Of a stretch of 64,000 nucleotides of DNA, positions 34,677-44,628 are shown piece by piece (positions within the stretch are counted from its first letter, which is position 1; every line of letters begins with the position of its first letter). Source of the stretch: Calditrichia bacterium (GTDB lineage Bacteria; Calditrichota; Calditrichia; JAJRVZ01); NCBI GenBank assembly GCA_963796965.1, contig CAWCNS010000011.1, positions 1 to 64,000 on the forward strand. The letters are read 5' to 3'. The translations under genes were made by a program, and so were the position numbers. Under the pieces are notes generated by a model, which did no database searches, was not told where the DNA came from, and saw nothing but the letters and a program-made list of their open reading frames with translations.

Positions 34677-36191
34677 TTAATTCTGCGGCTTTGTCTGCAA
34701 ACTTTTTAATACCTCACCTACACCTAAAGATGATCCTGACACCGGTGGAAATTCTTTAAACGTTTGTAGGAATTTTGCCGTAACTGCCTGCGCAGGTACA
34801 AATGTCCACATCTGATCAGCCATCCAGCGCAGGTACATTTGTGAATCTTTCCATCCGCTTTCAAATGGATCAGCCCTTAGGTTAACAACAGTAGGCCATG
34901 AACGCTGTATCCTTACGGCTTCATTAATTGGTCCTTCTGTAAGAGTAAAATGAAGCTTCCAATTCGCATAGCGTATTGCATTCAAATTACCGCCCGCATC
35001 AAAATAGAATATCTCTTTTCTTGGATCTTCTTTAACTTCTCCTTTCCACAGAGGCATCATGTTGTATCCATCCAGATGAACTTTAAAGTTTTTATCACCA
35101 GCCTGATAACCTTTAAGCAGTTTTTCTTTAACGTCCGGTACACCTGCTGCAGCAAGTAAGGTAGGCATCATATCTTCGTGAGAATAAATATTGTTATCTA
35201 CCGTACCAGGTTTTATTACTCCTGGCCATCGGATTAGGCTAGGTACACGGAAGCCGCCTTCCCAGGTAGATCCTTTTTCACCATAAAAGGGAGTGCACCC
35301 ACCATCCGGCCAGGTAAATTTTTCGGCACCGTTATCTGTTGAATACATTACAATTGTATTGTTAGTAATTCCTAATTCACCCAATAAATCCAGCATCTTG
35401 CCTACTGCTAAATCGTGTTCTACCATGCCATCAGCATAAAGTCCGATACCTGTAACTCCGTCACTTTCTGGTTTAAGACGTGTCCATACATGCATTCGTG
35501 TTGCACTTAACCAAACGAAGAATGGTTTACCTTCTTTATGTGCATTTTTAATAAACTTAATGGCAGCCTCTGTAAATTCATCGTCAGCAGTTTCCATACG
35601 TTTTCTTGTCATCGGGCCGGTATCTTCAATACGTCCGTCTGAATAACTGTGAAGAACACCACGGGGACCAAATTCTTTATGAAACGCCGGATCCTTAGGA
35701 TAATAATATGTTTCCGGCTCTTCTTCAGCATTTAAATGATAAAGATTTCCAAAAAATTCATCGAAACCATGATTTGTTGGCAGGTGTGCATCCCTATCAC
35801 CAAGATGATTTTTACCAAATTGTCCTGAAGTATAGCCAAGTGGTTTTAACAATTCAGCAATGGTCGGTTGATTATCCTGAATTCCCTGTTCGGAACCGGG
35901 CATACCAATGGTGAGCAAACCAGTTCTAAAGGGATGTTGCCCGAGAATAAAGGCCGCTCTTCCGGCGGTGCAGGATTGCTGGGCATACCAGTCGGTGTAC
36001 ATTGCCCCTTCATCAGCAATACGGTCAATATTGGGCGTTTTATAGCCCATCATACCATGATTGTACTTACTAATATTGGACCAGCCAATATCATCACCCC
36101 AGATGACCAGGATGTTGGGTTTATCCTGAGCCACTGCTGCAGATGAGAAGACCAGGCCTAAACATAAAACAATTAAATACTTAAAATACAT
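34677..36191 (-). CDS. Arylsulfatase (Cys-type, S1 family), intact
   Basis: [45 protein letters not shown]. Confidence 0.95.
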   Translation of the reverse strand: MYFKYLIVLCLGLVFSSAAVAQDKPNILVIWGDDIGWSNISKYNHGMMGYKTPNIDRIADEGAMYTDWYAQQSCTAGRAAFILGQHPFRTGLLTIGMPGSEQGIQDNQPTIAELLKPLGYTSGQFGKNHLGDRDAHLPTNHGFDEFFGNLYHLNAEEEPETYYYPKDPAFHKEFGPRGVLHSYSDGRIEDTGPMTRKRMETADDEFTEAAIKFIKNAHKEGKPFFVWLSATRMHVWTRLKPESDGVTGIGLYADGMVEHDLAVGKMLDLLGELGITNNTIVMYSTDNGAEKFTWPDGGCTPFYGEKGSTWEGGFRVPSLIRWPGVIKPGTVDNNIYSHEDMMPTLLAAAGVPDVKEKLLKGYQAGDKNFKVHLDGYNMMPLWKGEVKEDPRKEIFYFDAGGNLNAIRYANWKLHFTLTEGPINEAVRIQRSWPTVVNLRADPFESGWKDSQMYLRWMADQMWTFVPAQAVTAKFLQTFKEFPPVSGSSLGVGEVLKSLQTKPQN

Positions 36192-36219
36192 ATGTGCCTC
36201 CTTCTATTTAATAACTGTC

Positions 36220-36345
36220 AAATCACAAATTACAAATGACAAATAAGTTCCAGTATTCATATTCCAAAAAACAAATAAATCACAAAATACAACTTACAAA
36301 TCACAAATAAATTCCAAATAACATATTCCAAATATCAAATCAGAC
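36220..36345. repeat. Heptamer array (AAATnnC, 7-7-7-11 period), left arm
   Basis: 11-mers at 36241/36273/36305 separated by three 7-mers. Confidence 0.9.
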
Positions 36346-36374
36346 CAAATATCAACTGCAATTTTATTACGAAT

Positions 36375-36731
36375 TCATTTAGATTTTTCTATAATCGCAG
36401 AAAGAATCTTTTTTAATTCTATTGCTTCTCCATATAATTTTAAAGCCTCCCTCTTATTATCAAAACTATTACACTCCATGATAAGTTTGATCCAATAAGC
36501 GGACTCTTTTGCTTCTTTTCGACTAATGCGCATGCGCATTAAAAAATCTTTTTTTCCTAATGCTTCATTCGCTTCAATGTAATTTGCACCAACCGATCCT
36601 GATGATTTGAGAAGTTGACTGATATCTTCTCGATTATGAATAGAAATTCGAATTGCCTTGACGAATAATCTTACATTTTTTGCAAAATCATAAGTTCTTG
36701 TCTCTAAATCAACATAGGAACGATATACCAT
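36375..36731 (-). CDS. Four helix bundle protein (23S rRNA IVS protein / Avd-like family)
   Basis: DLETRTYDFA...QLLKSSGSVGANYIEA...DF...ISRKEAKESAYW. Confidence 0.9.
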   Translation of the reverse strand: MVYRSYVDLETRTYDFAKNVRLFVKAIRISIHNREDISQLLKSSGSVGANYIEANEALGKKDFLMRMRISRKEAKESAYWIKLIMECNSFDNKREALKLYGEAIELKKILSAIIEKSK

Positions 36732-36799
36732 GATAAATACCTCATTTTAATTCATGGTATATCAATTGCAAAATTCATTCCAATCTCAAATTTACCGTC

Positions 36800-36915
36800 C
36801 AATTTTGGAATATGTCTTTTCGATTTTTTCGGAACTTGTATTTTACAATTTGCTATTTAATTGTTATTTGTAATTTGTGATTCATTTGGAAATTGTTTTT
36901 TGTAATATGTTCTTT
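36800..36915. repeat. Inverted heptamer array, right arm
   Basis: TTGTTATTTGTAATTTGTGATTCATTTGGAAATTGTTTTTTGTAATATG is imperfectly complementary to 36220-36345. Confidence 0.8.
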
Positions 36916-37206
36916 GTGCTGTTAATTTCCCCAGTGATAAATCCGTTTCCAGTCCTGCTTCATATCCACAACAATCCTGCATAGCCTGATAATACTCTCC
37001 TGTGAGTATGTCTTTCTCCAGTAAATAGTTCAATGTATATTTTGAGCCAGGATAATTCACATCTCCTAATAAAATAATAATTTTTAAGAATTATAAATTG
37101 CCTCCTAATCCAAGTCGTAATATTGATTATAAATTATTACGATTGAATTTCGACGAATCACTCGATGATTTAATAAACAACAGTTTTTTATGAACGTTTG
37201 TTATAG

Positions 37207-37238
37207 AATGACCGAATAGTAAAAACTATCCGGTCATT
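37207..37238 (-). terminator. Hairpin downstream of sulfatase 2
   Basis: AATGACCGAATAGT-AAAA-ACTATCCGGTCATT just after the stop at 37252; no strong T-tract. Confidence 0.45.
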
Positions 37239-37251
37239 GATTTCAAATATC

Positions 37252-38804
37252 TTAATGAGCCCCGGGCGATTCCAATTTTTTCAAAACTTGATCCAGACTG
37301 AAACTTGCAGCTTTTTGTCTTGGCGGAAATTCCTTAAATGTTGCTAGAAATTGACTTACATAAGATTGTGCGGGAACCATAAAGAATACGTGATCCATTA
37401 CCCAATCATAATATGTATTTGAAGTTATTTGTGCACGCTCATAGGGATCTCTGCGAAGGTTAAACATAAGTGGCACCCTCAAAGGTGTAAATGGATTTGC
37501 CCAGAGCGCGAATGTCCCGACTTCCCTTTGTTCCATAAAAACTAAGTTTCCAATCGGCATATCTTAAAGCTGTCAAATCACCGTCATCTGAAAAATAAAA
37601 TATTTCATTACGTGGTGCCTTTATCCTGTTTTCCGGTTAGAAATGGAAGGAAATTGTAACCATCTAAATGTACTTTATAGTTTCTGCCAATGTGACACTG
37701 TAACCTGATTTGAGTTTTTCTTTTATATCATTTTCTCCTGCAGCAGCCACAAAGGTTGGTAACCAATCCATATGATGCATAATTTCATTTGAAATGAGCC
37801 GGCTTCTATTTGGCCAGGCCATCTAACCATTGAAGGTACTCTCCAACCGCCTTCCCAATTTGTATTTTTCTCGCCCCTGAATGGTGTTGCACCCGCATCT
37901 GGCCATGTATTATAATGAGGTCCATTATCTGTACTATAAAAAACTATTGTGTTATCAGCGATTTTCAGCTCATCTAAAAGTTTTAAGAATTTTCCAATAT
38001 GCATATCGTGTTCAACCATTCCATCACTGTATTCATCCTGTCCTGATATTCCACGAAGTTCTTTTTTAACGTGAGTTCTGAAATGCATTCTTGTCCCGCT
38101 CCACCAAACAAAGAATGGTTTGCCGGAAGCAACTGATTTTTTAATGAATTCAATAGCCGCGTCGCTTGTTTCATCATCAATAGTTTCCATTCTTTTCTTT
38201 GTCAAGGGACCGGTATCTTCAATTTTGCCGTCAGCAAAAGAATGAATTACACCACGAGGTCCATATCTTTCATGAAATGTATGCCCATTTGATGTAATCC
38301 AAATCACCAGGATAATCTTCAAGTTCAGGTTCCTCTTCAGCGTTTAAGTGATAAAGATTACCAAAAAATTCATCAAACCCATGATTGGTTGGAAGAAATT
38401 CATCTTTATCGCCTAAATGGTTTTTACCGAATTGACCGGTTGCATAACCGAAATTCTTAAGAATTCCTGCAATAGTTGGATCTTCTTCTCTCATTCCAAG
38501 ATCAGAACCGGGTAATCCAACTTTACTTAAACCGGTTCTAAAAACACTCTGCCCGGTAATAAATGAAGATCTTCCTGCAGTACAACTTTGTTCGCCATAA
38601 TAATCAGTGAAGATCATTCCTTCATTAGCAATACGGTCAATATTCGGTGTGTGATATCCCATCATACCTTTTGAATATGCACTGATATTGGATTGGCCAA
38701 TATCATCACCCCAGATGACCAGAATGTTGGGTTTATCCTGAGCCAGGGCTGCAGATGAAAGAACCAAAACTAAAACATAAATTAATTAAATACTTAAAAT
38801 ACAT
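37252..38804 (-). CDS. Arylsulfatase (Cys-type), paralog 2, several frameshifts
   Basis: [45 protein letters not shown]. Confidence 0.9.
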
Positions 38805-38823
38805 ATGTACCTCCTTTTAATTA

Positions 38824-39000
38824 AATACCAAATCACAAATTATAAATTTCAAACAAATTACAAATATACAATTTCAAATTCCGAATTCCAATTCATACAT
38901 TCCAGTAACCAATTTCAAATTCCCAATATCTCGAATTCCAAATCCCGAATCACTGATCAGGTATCACTCATCACATATCTCGTATCCCGTATCACATATT
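38824..39000. repeat. Heptamer array changing from AAATnnC to TATCnCG type
   Basis: AAATACC AAATCAC AAATTAT ... ATATCTC GTATCCC GTATCAC. Confidence 0.8.
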
Positions 39001-39029
39001 TTAATCACTCCGTCAAACGCGCATTTATC

Positions 39030-40059
39030 TTATTTAGCGAATGACCGTTCTGGTGCGCTGCCAACCAAACCGGTTGCGATTCCAGCCACGTCAATCAGCG
39101 GAGGTACGGGTATACCAGCACCAAGATTGCGGTGAGACTGGGCCCAGACGGTCATTGCTGAACGAGCGATCCTGATCTTTGCATCTACCTGAGCACCCCA
39201 GGCAATCAGTTCGTCCTGTTTAGCGATATATTCCGCTTTTACTTCATCCAACTGATGAATCAAAATATCTATCTGTTGTAGGTTAGCGATCAGATAGTTC
39301 TCAACCTGTTCAAATTGTGCCACTGAGACATTCGTCGTGGAAGGAATAAAATTTCTAATGGCAGCATTTGTTTGAACCAGTGTATCCAGTTGTGCCTGAT
39401 TTCCGATCCTTGCCTGGTACAATCGGGTAGCCGACAACATCAACTCTTCTTGCAGATGTTTCAGGTGCTCATAATTTGCTCTGGTCTTCGCAAAATCTTT
39501 TTCAATCTCGCGATCAAAAGCGATAAGAATAGATGGAATAGCATCCTGTATTTCTTTCAGGCGGCGCTTGATAGCGCTGACCACGCTGTTTATTATCGGG
39601 CTGGCAGCAGCAATCCCATCCAGATAAGTCTCGGCATCTCTGAATATTCTTAAACACCGAAACAGCCTCCATTTTATCCACTTGCAGACTGTCTATTTTT
39701 TCATCTGTAACCGCTTTTTCCATGGCCTCACTCAAATATTTGGCCAACTGTTTATTTTTATCTTGATTGGAAAGTTTGGCATTATTGATCGCTACGACCT
39801 GATTGGAATAATATACAATGCCGTTTAAACCACCAAATAAAGGTTGTGCACGTTTTAAAACAATTTGGTATTCCGGCACAAAAGTATATTCTTTTAAATG
39901 TTTCCACTGAAACGGCCGGCTGACCTTTACTGCTTCACTGAACAGGGTCCCGGCATTATCAGAAAAGGGTGTCATATCGATCTGCTTGGAACTTTTAAAA
40001 ACAGAACAGCTACTGACGATCAATGCCATTGAGACTATGATTAAAATCTTTATTCTCAT
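39030..40059 (-). CDS. Hypothetical helical lipoprotein, frameshifted near 39640
   Basis: Lipobox VSSC; two overlapping ORFs 39514..40059 and 39030..39584. Confidence 0.7.
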
Positions 40060-40173
40060 GACTACCTTTCTCTAAGAATTATATCAAATCACAATTACCA
40101 AATAAACAAATTACCAAATTACCTATCCCGTATCCCGTATCATTTATATTACATCCCCCTACCCCCCTTTATT

Positions 40174-41824
40174 GGGGCTGTTGCAGTCTTTTTTAACATA
40201 ACTTGAACAATATTAATTATTTAGTTAAATTTTCCCCGTATTATTAGGGGTATATATGAACTTTCTTTCAAAAGATCGTAATCAGACACAAATACTAGGC
40301 TACTCCTTAGATGATTTCGTACCAAAGGATGCTAAATGCCGTTTGGTTGTGTCCCTTGTAAATGAATTGAATCTAAAGAACCTATATAATAGATATAGTA
40401 ATCAAGGTAACCCTGCTTTTGATCCATCTTCTATGTTAGCGACTTGGTTTCTATGCTATTGTGAAGGTGAAACCCGTACACGGAAATTAGAACAATTATG
40501 TAAAAGGGATCTTCATTTTATTTACATCTCTTCGAACTTACAACCCGACCATACCAGTCTTTCCCGGTTTCGTCAAGCCAATATTGATTTAATGACCGAG
40601 TACTTTACACAATTAGTCTTACTTATCAAGAAGAAAAATCTGGCCCAGTTTAATGATATTGCCATAGATGGCACCAAGGTTCAAGCCTTTGGTAGTAAGG
40701 CTAAGGGTATTACACAAGAGGGTTTATCCCGTGAACTAAAGAGAATCCGTCAACAAATAAAAGACTACTTAAGCGCGTGTGATGTCTCTGATAAAGGATC
40801 AGATATTGATATCCCAACGATACAGAAAAAGATAAAAGATTTACGTAATAAAAAGAAACAACTCATAAAGCATGATCAAGAGATCAAAAAGCGCCAAAAG
40901 CAGTTAAAATCAGAACATAGAAAAAACCATCGGATTAATCTCACTGAACCAGAAGCATTTTTGATGAACAAGGTAAACGGATCTCAAAAGTTGCCCGCTT
41001 ATAATGCCCAGGCCAGTGTTGATACAAAGACACAAATCATTGCTGCCAATAATGTGGTTCAGGATCGAAACGATGCCCATCAATTCAAAGAGCAATATAA
41101 AAATGTAGAAAGTAATCTGGGGCGTAATCCTGATCGTGAATATACTACTGATTCGGGCTACCACAGTTTAGAGCAGTTAGAATATGTAGAAGAAAATCAG
41201 ATAAAGGCCATCATTGCTGATAAAAGCCCTAAAAGTAGATCACAATCGAAAGTGGTCGATCAAAATATTATCAGAAATAAAGATAAATTTGAAAGGTCTG
41301 ATTTTACTTACAATAAAGAGGAAGATTATTACCAATGTCCGGTCGGAAAGAAGTTAGTTTATCAAAAACCAATCAAGTGTCACGGCCGGAGAAGTCGCCG
41401 ATATAAGTGCTTCGACTGTGAAAGATGCATATATCGTAATAAATGTCTCCCAGAACCTAAGCAGGATAAATATCGACAGATTACGCGGGATGAAAAAGAG
41501 CATTTAGCTGAAAAAATGTATCATAATACCCAAACAGAATATGGAAAGAACAAATTAATACAGAGAAAACACTCTGTTGAAGGTGTCTTCGGCAACCTGA
41601 AAGAAAACTTAGGTTTTAGGCGATTCCGACTAAAGGGATTATCAAAAGTTCAAGGTGAATTTAACATGATGTGCATCGCGCACAACATAAATAAGATCTA
41701 TATCTTATTTATTAAACTATTTTCACCTTTATACTATATCCAAATTTTCAAAGAACAATTTATATCTATTAAAAAACTATCAGTTGAATATGTAAATTAA
41801 AATATGTTGTTGTGCAACAGCCCC
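40174..41824 (+). mobile_element. IS1182-family insertion sequence
   Basis: 12-bp TIRs GGGGCTGTTGCA / TGCAACAGCCCC; TATT duplicated at 40170-40173 and 41825-41828. Confidence 0.9.
40256..41800 (+). CDS. IS1182-family DDE transposase
   Basis: PDHTSLSRFR, IAIDGTKV, AYNAQ, DSGY, Cys-rich insert, RKHSVEGVFGNLK...GFRRFRLKG; uninterrupted 514 aa. Confidence 0.95.
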   Translation: MNFLSKDRNQTQILGYSLDDFVPKDAKCRLVVSLVNELNLKNLYNRYSNQGNPAFDPSSMLATWFLCYCEGETRTRKLEQLCKRDLHFIYISSNLQPDHTSLSRFRQANIDLMTEYFTQLVLLIKKKNLAQFNDIAIDGTKVQAFGSKAKGITQEGLSRELKRIRQQIKDYLSACDVSDKGSDIDIPTIQKKIKDLRNKKKQLIKHDQEIKKRQKQLKSEHRKNHRINLTEPEAFLMNKVNGSQKLPAYNAQASVDTKTQIIAANNVVQDRNDAHQFKEQYKNVESNLGRNPDREYTTDSGYHSLEQLEYVEENQIKAIIADKSPKSRSQSKVVDQNIIRNKDKFERSDFTYNKEEDYYQCPVGKKLVYQKPIKCHGRRSRRYKCFDCERCIYRNKCLPEPKQDKYRQITRDEKEHLAEKMYHNTQTEYGKNKLIQRKHSVEGVFGNLKENLGFRRFRLKGLSKVQGEFNMMCIAHNINKIYILFIKLFSPLYYIQIFKEQFISIKKLSVEYVN

Positions 41825-41848
41825 TATTAAGGGGGAATTAGATCGTGC

Positions 41849-41953
41849 TATCCAGCATCCAACATCGGGTATCCGGTATCACCTATCTCACATCCCGTCT
41901 CCCGCATCACGTATCTCGTATCTCCTATCCCGTATCTCGAAACACACATCCCA
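41849..41953. repeat. Heptamer array (YATCYCG type)
   Basis: TATCCAG CATCCAA CATCGGG TATCCGG TATCACC TATCTCA CATCCCG ... TATCTCG. Confidence 0.85.
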
Positions 41954-41958
41954 TCATT

Positions 41959-42609
41959 TTATTCCGCAAATCTTTTTTTATGCCTTCTTTTCAATAGACC
42001 ACCAATAAGTATAACACTCAACCAGGCTAAGTTCCAGGCACCAGGTCCTATAAAAGCGAAAGGAATTGTAAGCGTGGCAGCCAATGGTTCTGTAAGAATA
42101 CTGATTCTAATCTCATTCCCCTCCTCCGGTGTTACCGCCTCAGATATCAAGTCAGAACGTTTGGAAGCATAGACCCAGGCTAGCACACCAGTAAAACCGG
42201 CCAGAGCCAGGGAAACACTTTGCATAAACAAAGCCAAAACATCTGACTGTGTATCCATATCTAACCTTATACTGTAAAAATAAAGTAAGAGAAACATCAA
42301 CTGCACAATTGAGAGTGTGGTGTGTTTTGCATCTGTACTGACCAAATTTCCGGTCGTCTTATTGTTTTGGTACCAGTAAATTGAGACTATCACAAATCCG
42401 ATAACAAACATCACAAAGTTCTCCCCGCCTTCGGTAAAAATGACAAGGGGATCAATATTTCCCGATTTGGGATTTGTTAAATGAGGCAAAAGCATAAACA
42501 ATCTGATAATCAAAAGACCAAAAACTACATCAATCAGGGTTTGCAGCCGACCTAACTGGCGTTTATCCCGCTCCTGCTGTGCCAGGGTTCTTTCAATTTT
42601 TTTAGCCAA
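41959..42609 (-). CDS. TMEM175 (DUF1211) family membrane protein
   Basis: [11 protein letters not shown] variant of RLxx[19 protein letters not shown]; about 6 TM. Confidence 0.7.
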   Translation of the reverse strand: MAKKIERTLAQQERDKRQLGRLQTLIDVVFGLLIIRLFMLLPHLTNPKSGNIDPLVIFTEGGENFVMFVIGFVIVSIYWYQNNKTTGNLVSTDAKHTTLSIVQLMFLLLYFYSIRLDMDTQSDVLALFMQSVSLALAGFTGVLAWVYASKRSDLISEAVTPEEGNEIRISILTEPLAATLTIPFAFIGPGAWNLAWLSVILIGGLLKRRHKKRFAE

Positions 42610-42847
42610 TTTATCCCTCCCTTTTTAGCTTGTAATCCAATTCCAAATTGGACTTCAAGTTCAAGAATTATTTCTCTCGCAAGGCCGTAAATATATTTTC
42701 CACGAATTTCACAAATTTTGACGAATTTCACGGATTATTTCTTAATTCTTTTTTCTTTAGTCTTGAAATCCTCTGCGGCGTTGCGGCGCTGCGAGAGATT
42801 TTCAAGCCAGTTGTAGTCCATCTTAGAGATGGACTACATCTCTTTTT

Positions 42848-43666
42848 CTATAGACTAACAGGAATCGTATAAGAAACATTAAAACGATACGAATTCTTAA
42901 CTGCCGATCCTTCCCAGTTTTTATAAATTGCACTTGTTCTATACTCACCATAAACGTTTAAAGAAGATTTTTCAAATACCCATACTTTACCAAATCGCAA
43001 TCCAATTGGCAGATAAAATCCCTTGGTATTCCAATCATACAAGGCGACTAAATCAGCCGTTTGAACGTATATTCCGCTTGTACCAAAACGATAGTTTAAA
43101 AATGGGGCAATTCCTAAGGGGTTCGTATCCGATTGTCCGGCTGGTAAAGCACTAGGATCTATTGAACGCCACGACTGCGTAAACAATAAACCATAAAACC
43201 ATTGCCCCGTATTGTTTACAATGGCTGCAGCAAATCCATAACCCCACTCATCTTTTGCAACATCACTATTACCGGGCGCGGTCACCAAAGGCCCGATTCC
43301 CGCCCTACCAGTACCCCAATCGGTGGATTTTGGAATAATAAGGGCGAAAAGTTCGGTATTTCCAAATCCAGACTGACCTGCGGCATTTTCGTAATGACGA
43401 AAAGTTAAACGAGGTAGAATTGTCATACTTTTTAGGGGCAACGGAGCTACAATACGCAACTGAAGATAGTTATCAAGACCTGCAGGACGGGGACTACCGT
43501 TAACAATGTCGTCATAATAATCAGGCATCCACTGATAGGCTCCCTGAAAGCTCCATTGAGAAGCCGTGGCATCCATGGCCATGGACTCCCGGCTTTGTTC
43601 CTGCGCCCAGGCTGAAAAGATCAAAGAAAAAAGAAAAAAGAAAAAAAGAATACGCGTAATCATCAT
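42848..43666 (-). CDS. Hypothetical outer-membrane transporter-like protein
   Basis: Signal peptide; GFGNTELF, APFLNY, LPIGLRFGKV, RFNVSYTIP. Confidence 0.65.
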   Translation of the reverse strand: MMITRILFFFFLFSLIFSAWAQEQSRESMAMDATASQWSFQGAYQWMPDYYDDIVNGSPRPAGLDNYLQLRIVAPLPLKSMTILPRLTFRHYENAAGQSGFGNTELFALIIPKSTDWGTGRAGIGPLVTAPGNSDVAKDEWGYGFAAAIVNNTGQWFYGLLFTQSWRSIDPSALPAGQSDTNPLGIAPFLNYRFGTSGIYVQTADLVALYDWNTKGFYLPIGLRFGKVWVFEKSSLNVYGEYRTSAIYKNWEGSAVKNSYRFNVSYTIPVSL

Positions 43667-43874
43667 AAACCTCTCTCTAGTTATTGATGAACAAATTAAA
43701 TTATATTTAAATTAAAACGATTAGGCCACCCTGAACTTGCCTGTCCTGTCCAAAGGACTCCTTTGGAGAACCCATTTCAGGATTTCAGGGTCTTAGTTAC
43801 GTAGATACTGAATCCCGAAATATATTCGGGATGACATAAACAGAAATTTATTTGCGGTTAACGATTAATTGCCA

Positions 43875-44177
43875 TTAACGTAAAATATTTTCGATTTTTG
43901 ATGTTGTAATTACCTGAGCTTCGGTAACCTTTCCCAAAAAGTCCATCGCCCCCATCAAGGCCTTATAAGAATCTGAACCCATATAAGCAGTCATTTCTTC
44001 CCGCAAATCCCATTCCTCCATATAAAAATAGGTCAGGGGATCATCATAAGCCTGGTACATGCGACGGGAAACACCAATTTTTTGTTTCAATTTCGCATCT
44101 ATGATATAATGAATCGCCTGATCAAATTCATTTTTTTTCTCAGGTGCTACTGTAGTTCTGATTTTTAGAATTATCAT
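43875..44177 (-). CDS. ABM-fold protein, paralog 2
   Basis: 100 aa; PEKKNEF...YQAYDDP..FYMEEWDLREEM..YMGSDSYKALMGAM. Confidence 0.75.
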   Translation of the reverse strand: MIILKIRTTVAPEKKNEFDQAIHYIIDAKLKQKIGVSRRMYQAYDDPLTYFYMEEWDLREEMTAYMGSDSYKALMGAMDFLGKVTEAQVITTSKIENILR

Positions 44178-44227
44178 AAGTTTTTGGCTGATTAGTGATT
44201 TTCAATAGAAGATATACTATCATAGGA

Positions 44228-44244
44228 AACAACTATTATGCCAA
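44228..44244 (-). promoter_or_regulatory. Putative sigma54 -24/-12 promoter
   Basis: TTGGCATAATAGTTGTT (GG-N10-GT) upstream of the ABM gene. Confidence 0.6.
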
Positions 44245-44341
44245 TTAAATAATCAAGCCCGGTTAGGGGTTGAAATGGTATTGTTAAGAGGCTATGAAGG
44301 GATATTTGTTAAAGTGGTGTGGCGTTTCTTTTAAACAAATT

Positions 44342-44377
44342 ATCACCGTATATGGTTTTATCACCATATACGGTGAT
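44342..44377. promoter_or_regulatory. Putative upstream activator sequence
   Basis: ATCACCGTATATGGT-TTTATC-ACCATATACGGTGAT, perfect 15-bp inverted repeat made of two tandem partial palindromes, 100 bp from the -24 GG. Confidence 0.65.
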
Positions 44378-44628
44378 TTATAAGAGACTGGATGCTATGT
44401 GATTCTCCCCCCTATCAAGGGGGATTAAGGGGGTTTACGATTGGATATTGGGTATTAGATTCTCAATAGTGGATGATTTCCACCGTATCAGGGATCCTGT
44501 CGTCCCACCCGGGCGGGAGAGCGAATGTGGGGAGTTTGATGGCAGGTTATACAGAATAGGAATTGGGAAATTGGAAATTGATTTGTAATTTGGATTTGGA
44601 CATTGGGAATTTGAAACTGTCTATTTTT

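Noticed and set aside
36375..36731. Diversity-generating retroelement (Avd-like gene)
   Set aside because: No reverse transcriptase and no TR/VR pair with adenine-specific mismatches seen in the window.
36857..37060. 67-aa ORF upstream of the four-helix-bundle gene
   Set aside because: Its 3' part runs through the heptamer array; at most a short gene remnant (NYPGSKYTLNY...GEYYQA) that I cannot assign.
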